A stretch of DNA of 44,019 bases from Candidatus Bruticola sp. (lineage in GTDB: Bacteria > Vulcanimicrobiota > Xenobia > Xenobiales > Xenobiaceae), in contig JBJEGD010000002.1 in NCBI GenBank assembly GCA_051874735.1, positions 140,434-184,452 of the forward strand, read 5' to 3'. Under the pieces are notes generated by a model. It was not told where the DNA came from. It worked only from the letters and a program-made list of their open reading frames with translations, and ran no database searches. The translations under genes and the position numbers were made by a program. Below are positions 36,220 through 44,019 of the stretch, one piece after another (within the stretch, counting starts at the first letter, position 1; every line of letters starts with the position of its first letter).

Positions 36220-37560
36220 ATGAAGAAAAATCCTTACCTAATTTTGCTAGCTATTATAATTATGCTAGCCGTTTTATTTGAAATAGCTCCACTGTTTAAC
36301 CTACCTGTCCGCTTCCTCCATACAAGCTTAATAGGCGAAGCCTATTATAACCCTCTTTTTGGCACAGCCTGCCTAGGTGGCGCTTTAGCTTATTTGTTTC
36401 TGCTGCCTGTCAATAAAAAAGAACTCGCTATTTTTTCTATTTTGGGCTTAATTTTTGAAACCGCGCTTATAAAATGGAGGTTGTCCATTATAGGACCAGT
36501 CGGTCAAATTCTCCATATAGGTCCGGGCCTGCTTTCTGCTTATATCTTAGCGATAATATACCGTGCAGTAAGTCATTATCTCATACAACAAAAAGAAGAA
36601 CTTGTTTCCTCGCTGGAGGCGCTGTGCTTAGCAGCAGTCATGCCTATTATGCTGGGTTTAGGAGCCTCCATTTTGCGCTTTAATCCCTACGTTTACGATC
36701 CGCATTGTTACGCCCTTGATTCTTTATGGGGAGGACAGCCCAGTTTCATTATCAGCAAAGTTTTCAGCAGTACTTTAACTATACGATTAATTATGTATGC
36801 TGTTTACTTTTATCTATCTTTATATATGATAGGCGCTCAGATAATTGTCTTTCTCGAAAACAAGAGCCTCAAAATTGCCCACAGCAAACGCTTAATTCCA
36901 GCCTTTTTATTTATAGTTATCGCCATAGCCGGCAGCTGCCTGTATCATTTCTTCCCCGTAGTAGGCGTACAGGCTTACTGCGGCGCTTCTCGTTTTCCCA
37001 GCGGTCCCTGTCCTCCCGCCAACTTATCTCCTACTCCTATAGAAGCTCCACTATTTTTGGCTCGCAACGGCATGCCCAGCCTACACCTATCCTGGATTAT
37101 AGCGACATTTTTCTCACTCTACGGGGCCCAAATTGGCTGGCGCCGCATAGCCTTCGCTTTAACTGTACTCACAGCTATATCTACTTTTAGTGTGGGATAC
37201 CACTACCTTATCGATCTGATTATAGCCTTGCCGTTCTGCCTAGCAGCTACGGCCATTCCCTTAGTAGAAGTTCCAGCTAAATGGCGTTTAATAAGCGCTA
37301 TTTACGGCGCAACGACAGTAGTGTTTTGGTTAAGTCTGTTTAAATATAATATTACTTATTGTTTAAGTTCTCCCCGTCTAACCCTATCCGGCTTAACTTT
37401 AACCGCTTTAATATCCATCGCTCTAATAGCTAAACTATACAAAGAAGCACAACAAGCTTCGTCTGCTACACTCCAAAATACAGAAGAAATTAATCATCTT
37501 GAAAGCGATCAGCCTGTAGAAACGGCCGTTTTCTCAGAGAGCCACCCTCCAATTTCTTAA
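36220..37560 (+). CDS. Second Aur1/IPC-synthase-like PAP2 membrane protein (tandem paralog)
   Basis: RNGMPSLHLSW, GYHYLIDL; shares PYVYDPHCYALDSLWG with the upstream copy. Confidence 0.8.
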   Translation: MKKNPYLILLAIIIMLAVLFEIAPLFNLPVRFLHTSLIGEAYYNPLFGTACLGGALAYLFLLPVNKKELAIFSILGLIFETALIKWRLSIIGPVGQILHIGPGLLSAYILAIIYRAVSHYLIQQKEELVSSLEALCLAAVMPIMLGLGASILRFNPYVYDPHCYALDSLWGGQPSFIISKVFSSTLTIRLIMYAVYFYLSLYMIGAQIIVFLENKSLKIAHSKRLIPAFLFIVIAIAGSCLYHFFPVVGVQAYCGASRFPSGPCPPANLSPTPIEAPLFLARNGMPSLHLSWIIATFFSLYGAQIGWRRIAFALTVLTAISTFSVGYHYLIDLIIALPFCLAATAIPLVEVPAKWRLISAIYGATTVVFWLSLFKYNITYCLSSPRLTLSGLTLTALISIALIAKLYKEAQQASSATLQNTEEINHLESDQPVETAVFSESHPPIS

Positions 37561-37662
37561 AGCAGGTTAAACCCAAATATAGTAAAATAATCAAAGCAGC
37601 TGCAGGAACTTCTAAAAAAACTTTCTTCAACTAACTTTATAAAGTTAAGAAGGTGACAGATT

Positions 37663-38325
37663 TTGGCATTTTTTACTCATTATACAGATCCGAAAAAAAA
37701 GACACTCCAACTTATTGAAATTATTACAGCGATATTGAGTATCGCTGTACTGTTGTTTTTGCTTCCTCGTTCTCTCAACGATTACCGAAATTTCAAAACA
37801 GCAACTCAATTTCATGAAATGGGTCACGAACGCTTACATGCTAATGATAGCGAAGGGGCAATGCGCTGCTTTGAAACGGCAGTTCGTACTTATCCTTTAG
37901 AAAGCAGCTATATGGAAATAGCCAGCATTCATCACTTTAACGGCCAGCATGACAAAGAAATAGACGTTTACCGCGACGCTTTAAAAATTATAAAAAATAG
38001 CGTAGCCCTGCGTTATGCTCTGGCTGAAGCCTATTATCTCAAAGATAATTACGATCAGGCGATAATTGAACTGCAAATTGTTTTGGAGCTCGATCCTAGC
38101 AACGCTCAAGCTAAAGGGCTCATGGAGCGCTGCCGCAAATATAAGGCACATCCAGAGCAAAAAGGGCACCATAATCAAGCTGAAAATGATTCTGCTGATC
38201 ATCTTGAGTTGCTTAAAAGTGTTGAAGGCCGCCATCATAGCCATGAAAATCACACAGACCTTACCCACGCCTCCCCAGAAGCCCCACAGCATGGGGAAAC
38301 TTCAAGTGCCCCAGTTTCTAAATGA
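37663..38325 (+). CDS. Membrane-anchored TPR protein with His-rich tail
   Basis: N-terminal TM; LAEAYYLKDNYDQAIIELQIVLELDPSNAQA TPR; TTG start with AAGGTG RBS. Confidence 0.8.
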   Translation: MAFFTHYTDPKKKTLQLIEIITAILSIAVLLFLLPRSLNDYRNFKTATQFHEMGHERLHANDSEGAMRCFETAVRTYPLESSYMEIASIHHFNGQHDKEIDVYRDALKIIKNSVALRYALAEAYYLKDNYDQAIIELQIVLELDPSNAQAKGLMERCRKYKAHPEQKGHHNQAENDSADHLELLKSVEGRHHSHENHTDLTHASPEAPQHGETSSAPVSK

Positions 38326-38634
38326 CGTCTGCGCAGGCCTCGATATCCTTTGAAAGATAAACGCTGCAGACGGATTCCGATCTAAAGTCTTAAAAGGTAC
38401 AAAACTTATAACGTTGAAAGTACAGGGTCATTATCATTTTTTAGCTGCGGGACGCAATGCTTAATGTTCAGACGCTTTCTTAGAATAGTTCATCCTAGAT
38501 AGGCGGAAAGCTAGTGGCGCTGCACAAAGAGGCAAGCCTGAACAACAGAGTAGGCAATTCCTGCTCCCAAGCACGGCTCTCAAGTAATAGTGATCGTTTT
38601 AGTATCATGTGAAAGGATTCTTTCAAATAAAATT

Positions 38635-40251
38635 ATGGCAAAAAAGAACACGTTCGGTTTTATTGCTTTCACCGCTGCTGCCAGCCTTGGTTTAGCTATA
38701 ACTGCCGCCGGCTGCGGCACCCACAATGGTTCTTCCGAGCCGGCCCCCCTCGGAGGGAATAACAGCGTAATTTTCAATTACGCCTTAATGCCTAACCTGC
38801 GCACTGCTGTAGGAAGCGACATTACCAAAGTTCGTTACAGCTTTATCGACGAACAGGGTAAAATTGTAAAGACAACTGATGCCTACGAATTAAAACACAC
38901 TTCTAAAATAACCGAGCGCAATGTCGCAGTTCCTAATGTACCCAGTGTAGCTTACATAGTATCGGCTGCTTATTACGATGACTTAGGTTCTATCGTTGCA
39001 GTTGGTTTAAACAGTATTAATTGGAATTACGATTTAGTTCAAGCTGAAGTAGCCAACCCGCAAATAGCCGAATTTGAATATTTAAATACTGGTTTACAGG
39101 CCAGTTCATATGTTATTAAGCCTGAAGAAACCACCAGTCTGTCTCTGCCAGTCATGGCTACTGACGGCTCGAAAAATGTTGTTAATTTAATCGCTTTTGC
39201 CGATGTTACCGGTTTAGAAAATTATACCGATGTTTTAGAAAAATCCGCTACGGGCCATACTTATACAGGCGTCAGTTTCACCGGCGAACATGAAGGTATG
39301 GTTCCGGCTAATACTGTCAAAGCAGTTGTCCCTATTACGGGCGGGAATATAACTGCCGAACTTGACAATCCTATTTACGTTACTTCACAAACTATCACTT
39401 CTATAAAACTGGAACCGGATGATATTGAAGGTAAAGCTATTACTGTATACGATGCCGAAGCAGAAGTTCCTTACAGCAAAATTTTAACAGTAAAACCTTC
39501 TATTAAAAATGCTGATCTCAGCCAGAAGGTAGCCACCTTCCATCCAGTTGGCTCTAGCGATGATACCCCCGAAAACGTAGCTATCGGTACTCAATATTTT
39601 AAGGTAACTGCAATTTATAGCGATACTCCTAACCGAGGCCCCGTACCTGAAAATATCGATGTCACCCAAGGCTCAGTTTTCACCTTGGAGCAGGAATCTG
39701 ATATAGCTTCTGTTACCAAAAATAGAGTCGATATTGCTAAACAGGAGCTCGAGCCTTTAAGTGTCACTCCCATTTTAGTACACGCCTCTTTCAATAATGA
39801 CGGCAGACTTGCTGAGCCTATAACCGATAAGCATAGACTCGATGCTTATTACGGAGAGAGCAGCGTCGGTTTAACCTACGCTTCAAACTATGGTGATACT
39901 CTTATTGCCTCTATAAAAGCCCAGGATATACCGGAAGAAAGCGGACTCCTGCTTGATATGGTAGGAACTATAACTTACGTTAACGGCGATATCGACGCCG
40001 AAAAATATATGACTACTGACTGCTTCGTACTGCCTGCAGCGCTCATTTCCAAGTATCCTGAACTGGAAACTTACTGCCCGTCAGAAGTAGATAAGATTAG
40101 TATGAATGCTACAGTTGATAACCAGTACAGGCTGACTAAGAATGCAGAGTACGGCGATATAACAGAAACCCACGTCATCCGTTTAGTTAATGAGAGTGAG
40201 TATAAGGCTCTTGGACTGCCCGATTTCCTGCAAACTCAGATCGAACCCTAA
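38635..40251 (+). CDS. Large surface lipoprotein; paralog of 15567..17402
   Basis: MAKKNTF...AAG-C lipobox (start placed at ATG 38635); collinear motifs shared with the 15567 protein. Confidence 0.75.
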   Translation: MAKKNTFGFIAFTAAASLGLAITAAGCGTHNGSSEPAPLGGNNSVIFNYALMPNLRTAVGSDITKVRYSFIDEQGKIVKTTDAYELKHTSKITERNVAVPNVPSVAYIVSAAYYDDLGSIVAVGLNSINWNYDLVQAEVANPQIAEFEYLNTGLQASSYVIKPEETTSLSLPVMATDGSKNVVNLIAFADVTGLENYTDVLEKSATGHTYTGVSFTGEHEGMVPANTVKAVVPITGGNITAELDNPIYVTSQTITSIKLEPDDIEGKAITVYDAEAEVPYSKILTVKPSIKNADLSQKVATFHPVGSSDDTPENVAIGTQYFKVTAIYSDTPNRGPVPENIDVTQGSVFTLEQESDIASVTKNRVDIAKQELEPLSVTPILVHASFNNDGRLAEPITDKHRLDAYYGESSVGLTYASNYGDTLIASIKAQDIPEESGLLLDMVGTITYVNGDIDAEKYMTTDCFVLPAALISKYPELETYCPSEVDKISMNATVDNQYRLTKNAEYGDITETHVIRLVNESEYKALGLPDFLQTQIEP

Positions 40252-40291
40252 TAAGTAATTTTATAGTTTAGTTATTCTATGAAATGCACTT

Positions 40292-40335
40292 AAAATAAAT
40301 GGCCCGGACGTCAATCGTCCGGGCTATTTATTTTT
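40292..40335. terminator. Bidirectional terminator
   Basis: aaaataaatggcccggacg-tcaat-cgtccgggctatttatttt. Confidence 0.9.
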
Positions 40336-40387
40336 CTAGGGTAAGTAATCTGTATCGGAGCGAGCTTAACAAAAGACAATCAACAAT

Positions 40388-42067
40388 TTACAAACCAGCC
40401 CAGTTGCGTCTTTCAATAAAAGTACTCGGTTCGACAGTGAAGCCATTTTTCAGACGCATAGCTTCACGTTTAATAGAAGCTAAAATAACTGGTCCGCTTA
40501 TCATACCAACCATTTTAGTTAGTGAACCGAAATCACAAGAAAACTGCTGACGTAAATTATGAATACGTTCCTGCACATACTGATTTGACTCTTTAAAATA
40601 TTGCTCCATTGCCCAAAGAGCTCCGTAAGCATAGCGACGCACAGACGCAGAATCGTTTTCTAAACGGCGCAGTACCCTAGCATTATCGTAACTTCGGAAG
40701 TTCTTCCACCCTTTCCAAATGGTGTTGATAACTCTGAAAACACTGGGGCCGTTGACGTCGTAATCAGCTTGGAAAGCTCTCAACAAAAATTCTTCACTTT
40801 GCTCTGGAGTGATATACGGATGTCTAAAATTAAAGCGGTACTGACCGTGAATATCTGCTAAATTCACATCGTCGAGCATAGCCCCCTTCTCCATTTGTTC
40901 TTTAAACAGAGGTGTACCGGGCAAAGGAGTATAAAGCATAAATTGATGGAAATCAGTATTATGCTTTATGGCTCTGGCTATAACTTTATCAATATTTTCA
41001 GGTGTATGATTCTCTAAACCTATAATGCTGGAACCTAAAACTTTTACGCCCAGCTCCTGTAAGCGTCCGACAAACTCAACTGAGTCGCAGCCTTTGAGCT
41101 TAGCATACTGGCTATCTTCACCTTCCAGCCCCATCCAAAGCCAAGAAAGCCCCAACCGCAACAATTCATCCATAGAATACTGACGCAGAGCATTAGCAGA
41201 AGAAAAACAATAAAGTGACCAGGCTTTACCATCTCGCTCCATCAAATCGAGCAACTCCATAGCTCTGGGACGATTGAGCAGAAAATTTTCATCCATCATA
41301 AAGAAGGAGCTGGTACCAAGTCTCTTTTCAAAGCCGCACATCAAATTATACAATTCTTCGCCGCTGTCATAGAAAGTAACTGAATGGCCCTTTCCTCCAA
41401 AAAGAGCTGAAGTGGCGCAGAAGTTACATCCCATAGGGCAACCTACAGAAGTAATTACTGTCGCAGCGGTATCTTTAGTACTGGACTTTACATCAATACC
41501 AAAAAGACGGGTGCCGAAACCTGATACGATATCAGGATGAACAATTTTAGCAGTTTCATCTTCACCCAAAAAGTGACGGAACCAGCTCACCCCTTCTCCT
41601 TTGGCGACATAATCTGCTTCTATCATATTTTCCAAACCTGGAATGGAAGCTACATGACCGCCTACCACTATAATACTGCGCGGAGAATAAGTGCGCACCA
41701 GTTGGCACATACGGCGCACCTTCCCTACATTAGCTACAATGCCACTTATACCAACGATATCATAATCGCCAGTCTGCAGTTCGTGAATAAAACGCTCTTG
41801 AGTAGGGAAATCTAGCAATGTAGAAGGGGCAGAAATGTTTTGTTGGATAAACATAAGCCCCCAAGAACGGTGAAACATACGCAAAGAAAAAGGCCCTTGC
41901 ACTCTAGTTACCTGATTATGGTACAGTTCCATGGGATTGATCGCCCGGCTGCCAAAAGAATCATTTTGCGCATAAGGACCAAAAACAGAAGAGAATAAAA
42001 TTGTAGGTTGTCTGCGTCCGGTGCCTTTATACACGGGACGATCAACTTCGGCATTATGTGAACTCAT
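40388..42067 (-). CDS. B12-binding domain radical SAM protein
   Basis: DIVGIS...IVVGGH...GEG cobalamin-binding region; CPMGCNFC (CxxxCxxC); DENF; GLE; TPLPGTPL. Confidence 0.92.
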   Translation of the reverse strand: MSSHNAEVDRPVYKGTGRRQPTILFSSVFGPYAQNDSFGSRAINPMELYHNQVTRVQGPFSLRMFHRSWGLMFIQQNISAPSTLLDFPTQERFIHELQTGDYDIVGISGIVANVGKVRRMCQLVRTYSPRSIIVVGGHVASIPGLENMIEADYVAKGEGVSWFRHFLGEDETAKIVHPDIVSGFGTRLFGIDVKSSTKDTAATVITSVGCPMGCNFCATSALFGGKGHSVTFYDSGEELYNLMCGFEKRLGTSSFFMMDENFLLNRPRAMELLDLMERDGKAWSLYCFSSANALRQYSMDELLRLGLSWLWMGLEGEDSQYAKLKGCDSVEFVGRLQELGVKVLGSSIIGLENHTPENIDKVIARAIKHNTDFHQFMLYTPLPGTPLFKEQMEKGAMLDDVNLADIHGQYRFNFRHPYITPEQSEEFLLRAFQADYDVNGPSVFRVINTIWKGWKNFRSYDNARVLRRLENDSASVRRYAYGALWAMEQYFKESNQYVQERIHNLRQQFSCDFGSLTKMVGMISGPVILASIKREAMRLKNGFTVEPSTFIERRNWAGL

Positions 42068-42325
42068 TGTATCAACAATTCCCCTGTTTAAAAAATCTCA
42101 AATTTACTGTAACAACCGATATTACAAGTTACAAACATGTATCAACATGATAAGCGAATAAAATGCCAAGCTAAAAGATTACATTCGCATTTTAAGTAAT
42201 AAGGTAGTTCTTTCTGCTTTTAAATAATAAAACAACAAATGAGCAGAAAAAAGCCATTTTAACGCCCAATTTCGTAAGATAGCAAAGCAAACCTGCTGCG
42301 CGCCCTCCATAGGCTCAAGAAGAAT

Positions 42326-44019
42326 TTAATTTGTCAATAATTTTGCACCCTTAACTTCCTGAGCAGTAAATTCAGCCACAGTTGCCAAGATAGCTGCTCC
42401 GTACTTTTTTAATTTGACCAGTCCAACTCCAGATATTTGGGAAAGTTCTTCTAAAGTACGTGGACGCTGCTGAGCAATCAAAAGCAAAGAAGTATCATGC
42501 AGTACCATATAAGGAGCTAATTTTTCCTGACGAGCTAATTCCATACGTTTGCGCCGCAGTATTTCAAAAAGGGCACTAATTGCCTGAGTACTGACTCCAC
42601 CAGTAGATGAACTTGTTAAAGTATTTAAAACTGAACTCCCAGAGTTTTTGGGGCTTGGGGCGGATTTACGCAGCCTCCCAGATTTGATTTCTGGATCGAG
42701 GCGCAGCAACAGCTCAGTTTTACTGCCGTCTAATAATTCCCGACTGCGTTTCGTAAGCTTAACACTGCCGCAACCGACCATGTCAGTTTTTAAATATCCC
42801 GACGCTAAAAGCTGGCGAAATACGGAGGTCCACTGTTTTACGCTAAGCTCCTTGCCTATAGCATAGGTGCTGATTTTATCATGTCGGCGGGCTAAAATGC
42901 GCTCATTCTTACCTCCGCGCAGCACTTGAATTAAATAAGAAACTCCGTACATTTGGCCAGTACGATAAACACAAGAAAGAGCTTTTTGGGCGTAAACCAA
43001 ACCATTAGAAGCTTGAGGAGGATCGACACAATTGTCACAATGGCCACAATTGTGTTCCAATTGTTCTCCGAAATAACTTAGCAAAGCTCGTCTGCGGCAA
43101 GAGACCGTTTCACATATTCCCAATAAAGCCCGCAATCTGCGCCGTTCAATCGCTTTATGAGCTTCATCAGCTTCAGACTCTTCAATAAATTTTTGGCGCA
43201 ACACTATATCTTTAATGTTATAGGAGAGCCAAGCAGAAGCAGGAAGTCCATCCCGGCCAGCCCTGCCAGTTTCCTGGTAATAAGCCTCTACGCTGCTTGG
43301 CAGAGCAAAATGAGCCACGAAACGCACGTTCGGCTTATCTATACCCATACCGAAAGCTATGGTCGCGGCCATGATCACGCCTTCTTCTCTAAGAAAACGT
43401 GCCTGATTGGCAGCCCGCTCACTTTGAGTCATACCCGCATGATAAGGGAGAGCCTCATATCCCAAACTGCAAAGCCACTGAGCAGTCTCTTCAGTATCTT
43501 TACGACTCAAACAATAAACAATACCGGAATCTCCTCGATGCCTGCTCTCTATAAAATTTATGAAACGCTGCCTAGTTTCGCTTACCCCTTCAGACTGAGG
43601 ACAAATTGTATAAAATATGTTAGGACGATCGAAACTGGTAATAAAACGTCTAGCTCCCTTAAGCTCTAAATGACTGATAATATCCAGCCTTGTAGCCTCG
43701 TCGGCAGTAGCAGTTAAAGCTATCCACGGAACATGGGGAAAAAACTGGCGTAATTTCATCAGCTGCACATATTCAGGTCGAAAGTCATGCCCCCACTGCG
43801 ACACACAATGGGCTTCATCTATGGCTATTAAAGACAGCCGACAACTGCTGAGCATATTCAGAAAGCCATCCATAATAGCTCTTTCGGGAGACACATAAAG
43901 TAGATCTAACTCTCCGGCATAAATTTTTGCACAGACACGGCGGGCTTCTTCTGGCTCCAAAGAAGAATTTAAAAATGCAGCCCTCACGCCACTGCTAATT
44001 AAAGCATCTACCTGATCTT
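42326..44019 (-). CDS. recQ: ATP-dependent DNA helicase RecQ (5' end outside the window)
   Basis: DQVDAL...; [17 protein letters not shown]; LTATA; [15 protein letters not shown]; [12 protein letters not shown]; Zn-binding CRR...CGHCDNC; RQC and HRDC domains. Confidence 0.97.
   Translation of the reverse strand, partial: DQVDALISSGVRAAFLNSSLEPEEARRVCAKIYAGELDLLYVSPERAIMDGFLNMLSSCRLSLIAIDEAHCVSQWGHDFRPEYVQLMKLRQFFPHVPWIALTATADEATRLDIISHLELKGARRFITSFDRPNIFYTICPQSEGVSETRQRFINFIESRHRGDSGIVYCLSRKDTEETAQWLCSLGYEALPYHAGMTQSERAANQARFLREEGVIMAATIAFGMGIDKPNVRFVAHFALPSSVEAYYQETGRAGRDGLPASAWLSYNIKDIVLRQKFIEESEADEAHKAIERRRLRALLGICETVSCRRRALLSYFGEQLEHNCGHCDNCVDPPQASNGLVYAQKALSCVYRTGQMYGVSYLIQVLRGGKNERILARRHDKISTYAIGKELSVKQWTSVFRQLLASGYLKTDMVGCGSVKLTKRSRELLDGSKTELLLRLDPEIKSGRLRKSAPSPKNSGSSVLNTLTSSSTGGVSTQAISALFEILRRKRMELARQEKLAPYMVLHDTSLLLIAQQRPRTLEELSQISGVGLVKLKKYGAAILATVAEFTAQEVKGAKLLTN

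Overview
A 44 kb, gene-dense bacterial chromosomal segment of moderate GC, mostly housekeeping and envelope genes. I found no intact mobile element or CRISPR array. In order it carries: a Ser-rich repeat gene tail, a DUF3300 protein, dacB, and a minus-strand run (lipoprotein, Cys-rich protein, kinase-like/FGE-domain fusion, SpoIID, degenerate SIS protein, membrane protein, XdhC). Next come efp, a secreted protein, a solo IS3-OrfA-like HTH gene, a perfect 44-bp tandem duplication, a four-tRNA operon (Pro-Arg-His-Lys) and a large lipoprotein. These are followed by rapA, an OPT transporter, an M48 peptidase and a BtuFCD-like ABC transporter. The right part holds a class-III aminotransferase / SRPBCC / acyl-ACP-reductase-like / unknown-protein cluster, greA, lysS fused to a tRNA-binding domain, two tandem Aur1/IPC-synthase-like genes, a TPR protein, a second paralogous lipoprotein, a B12-dependent radical SAM enzyme and a partial recQ. 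The best candidate for an undescribed system is the cluster at 27.8-31.9 kb. It looks like a split PigE/TamH-type reductase plus transaminase route to long-chain alkylamines, possibly tied to the nearby Aur1-like head-group transferases. All calls come from recognising motifs by eye; no database searches were run.
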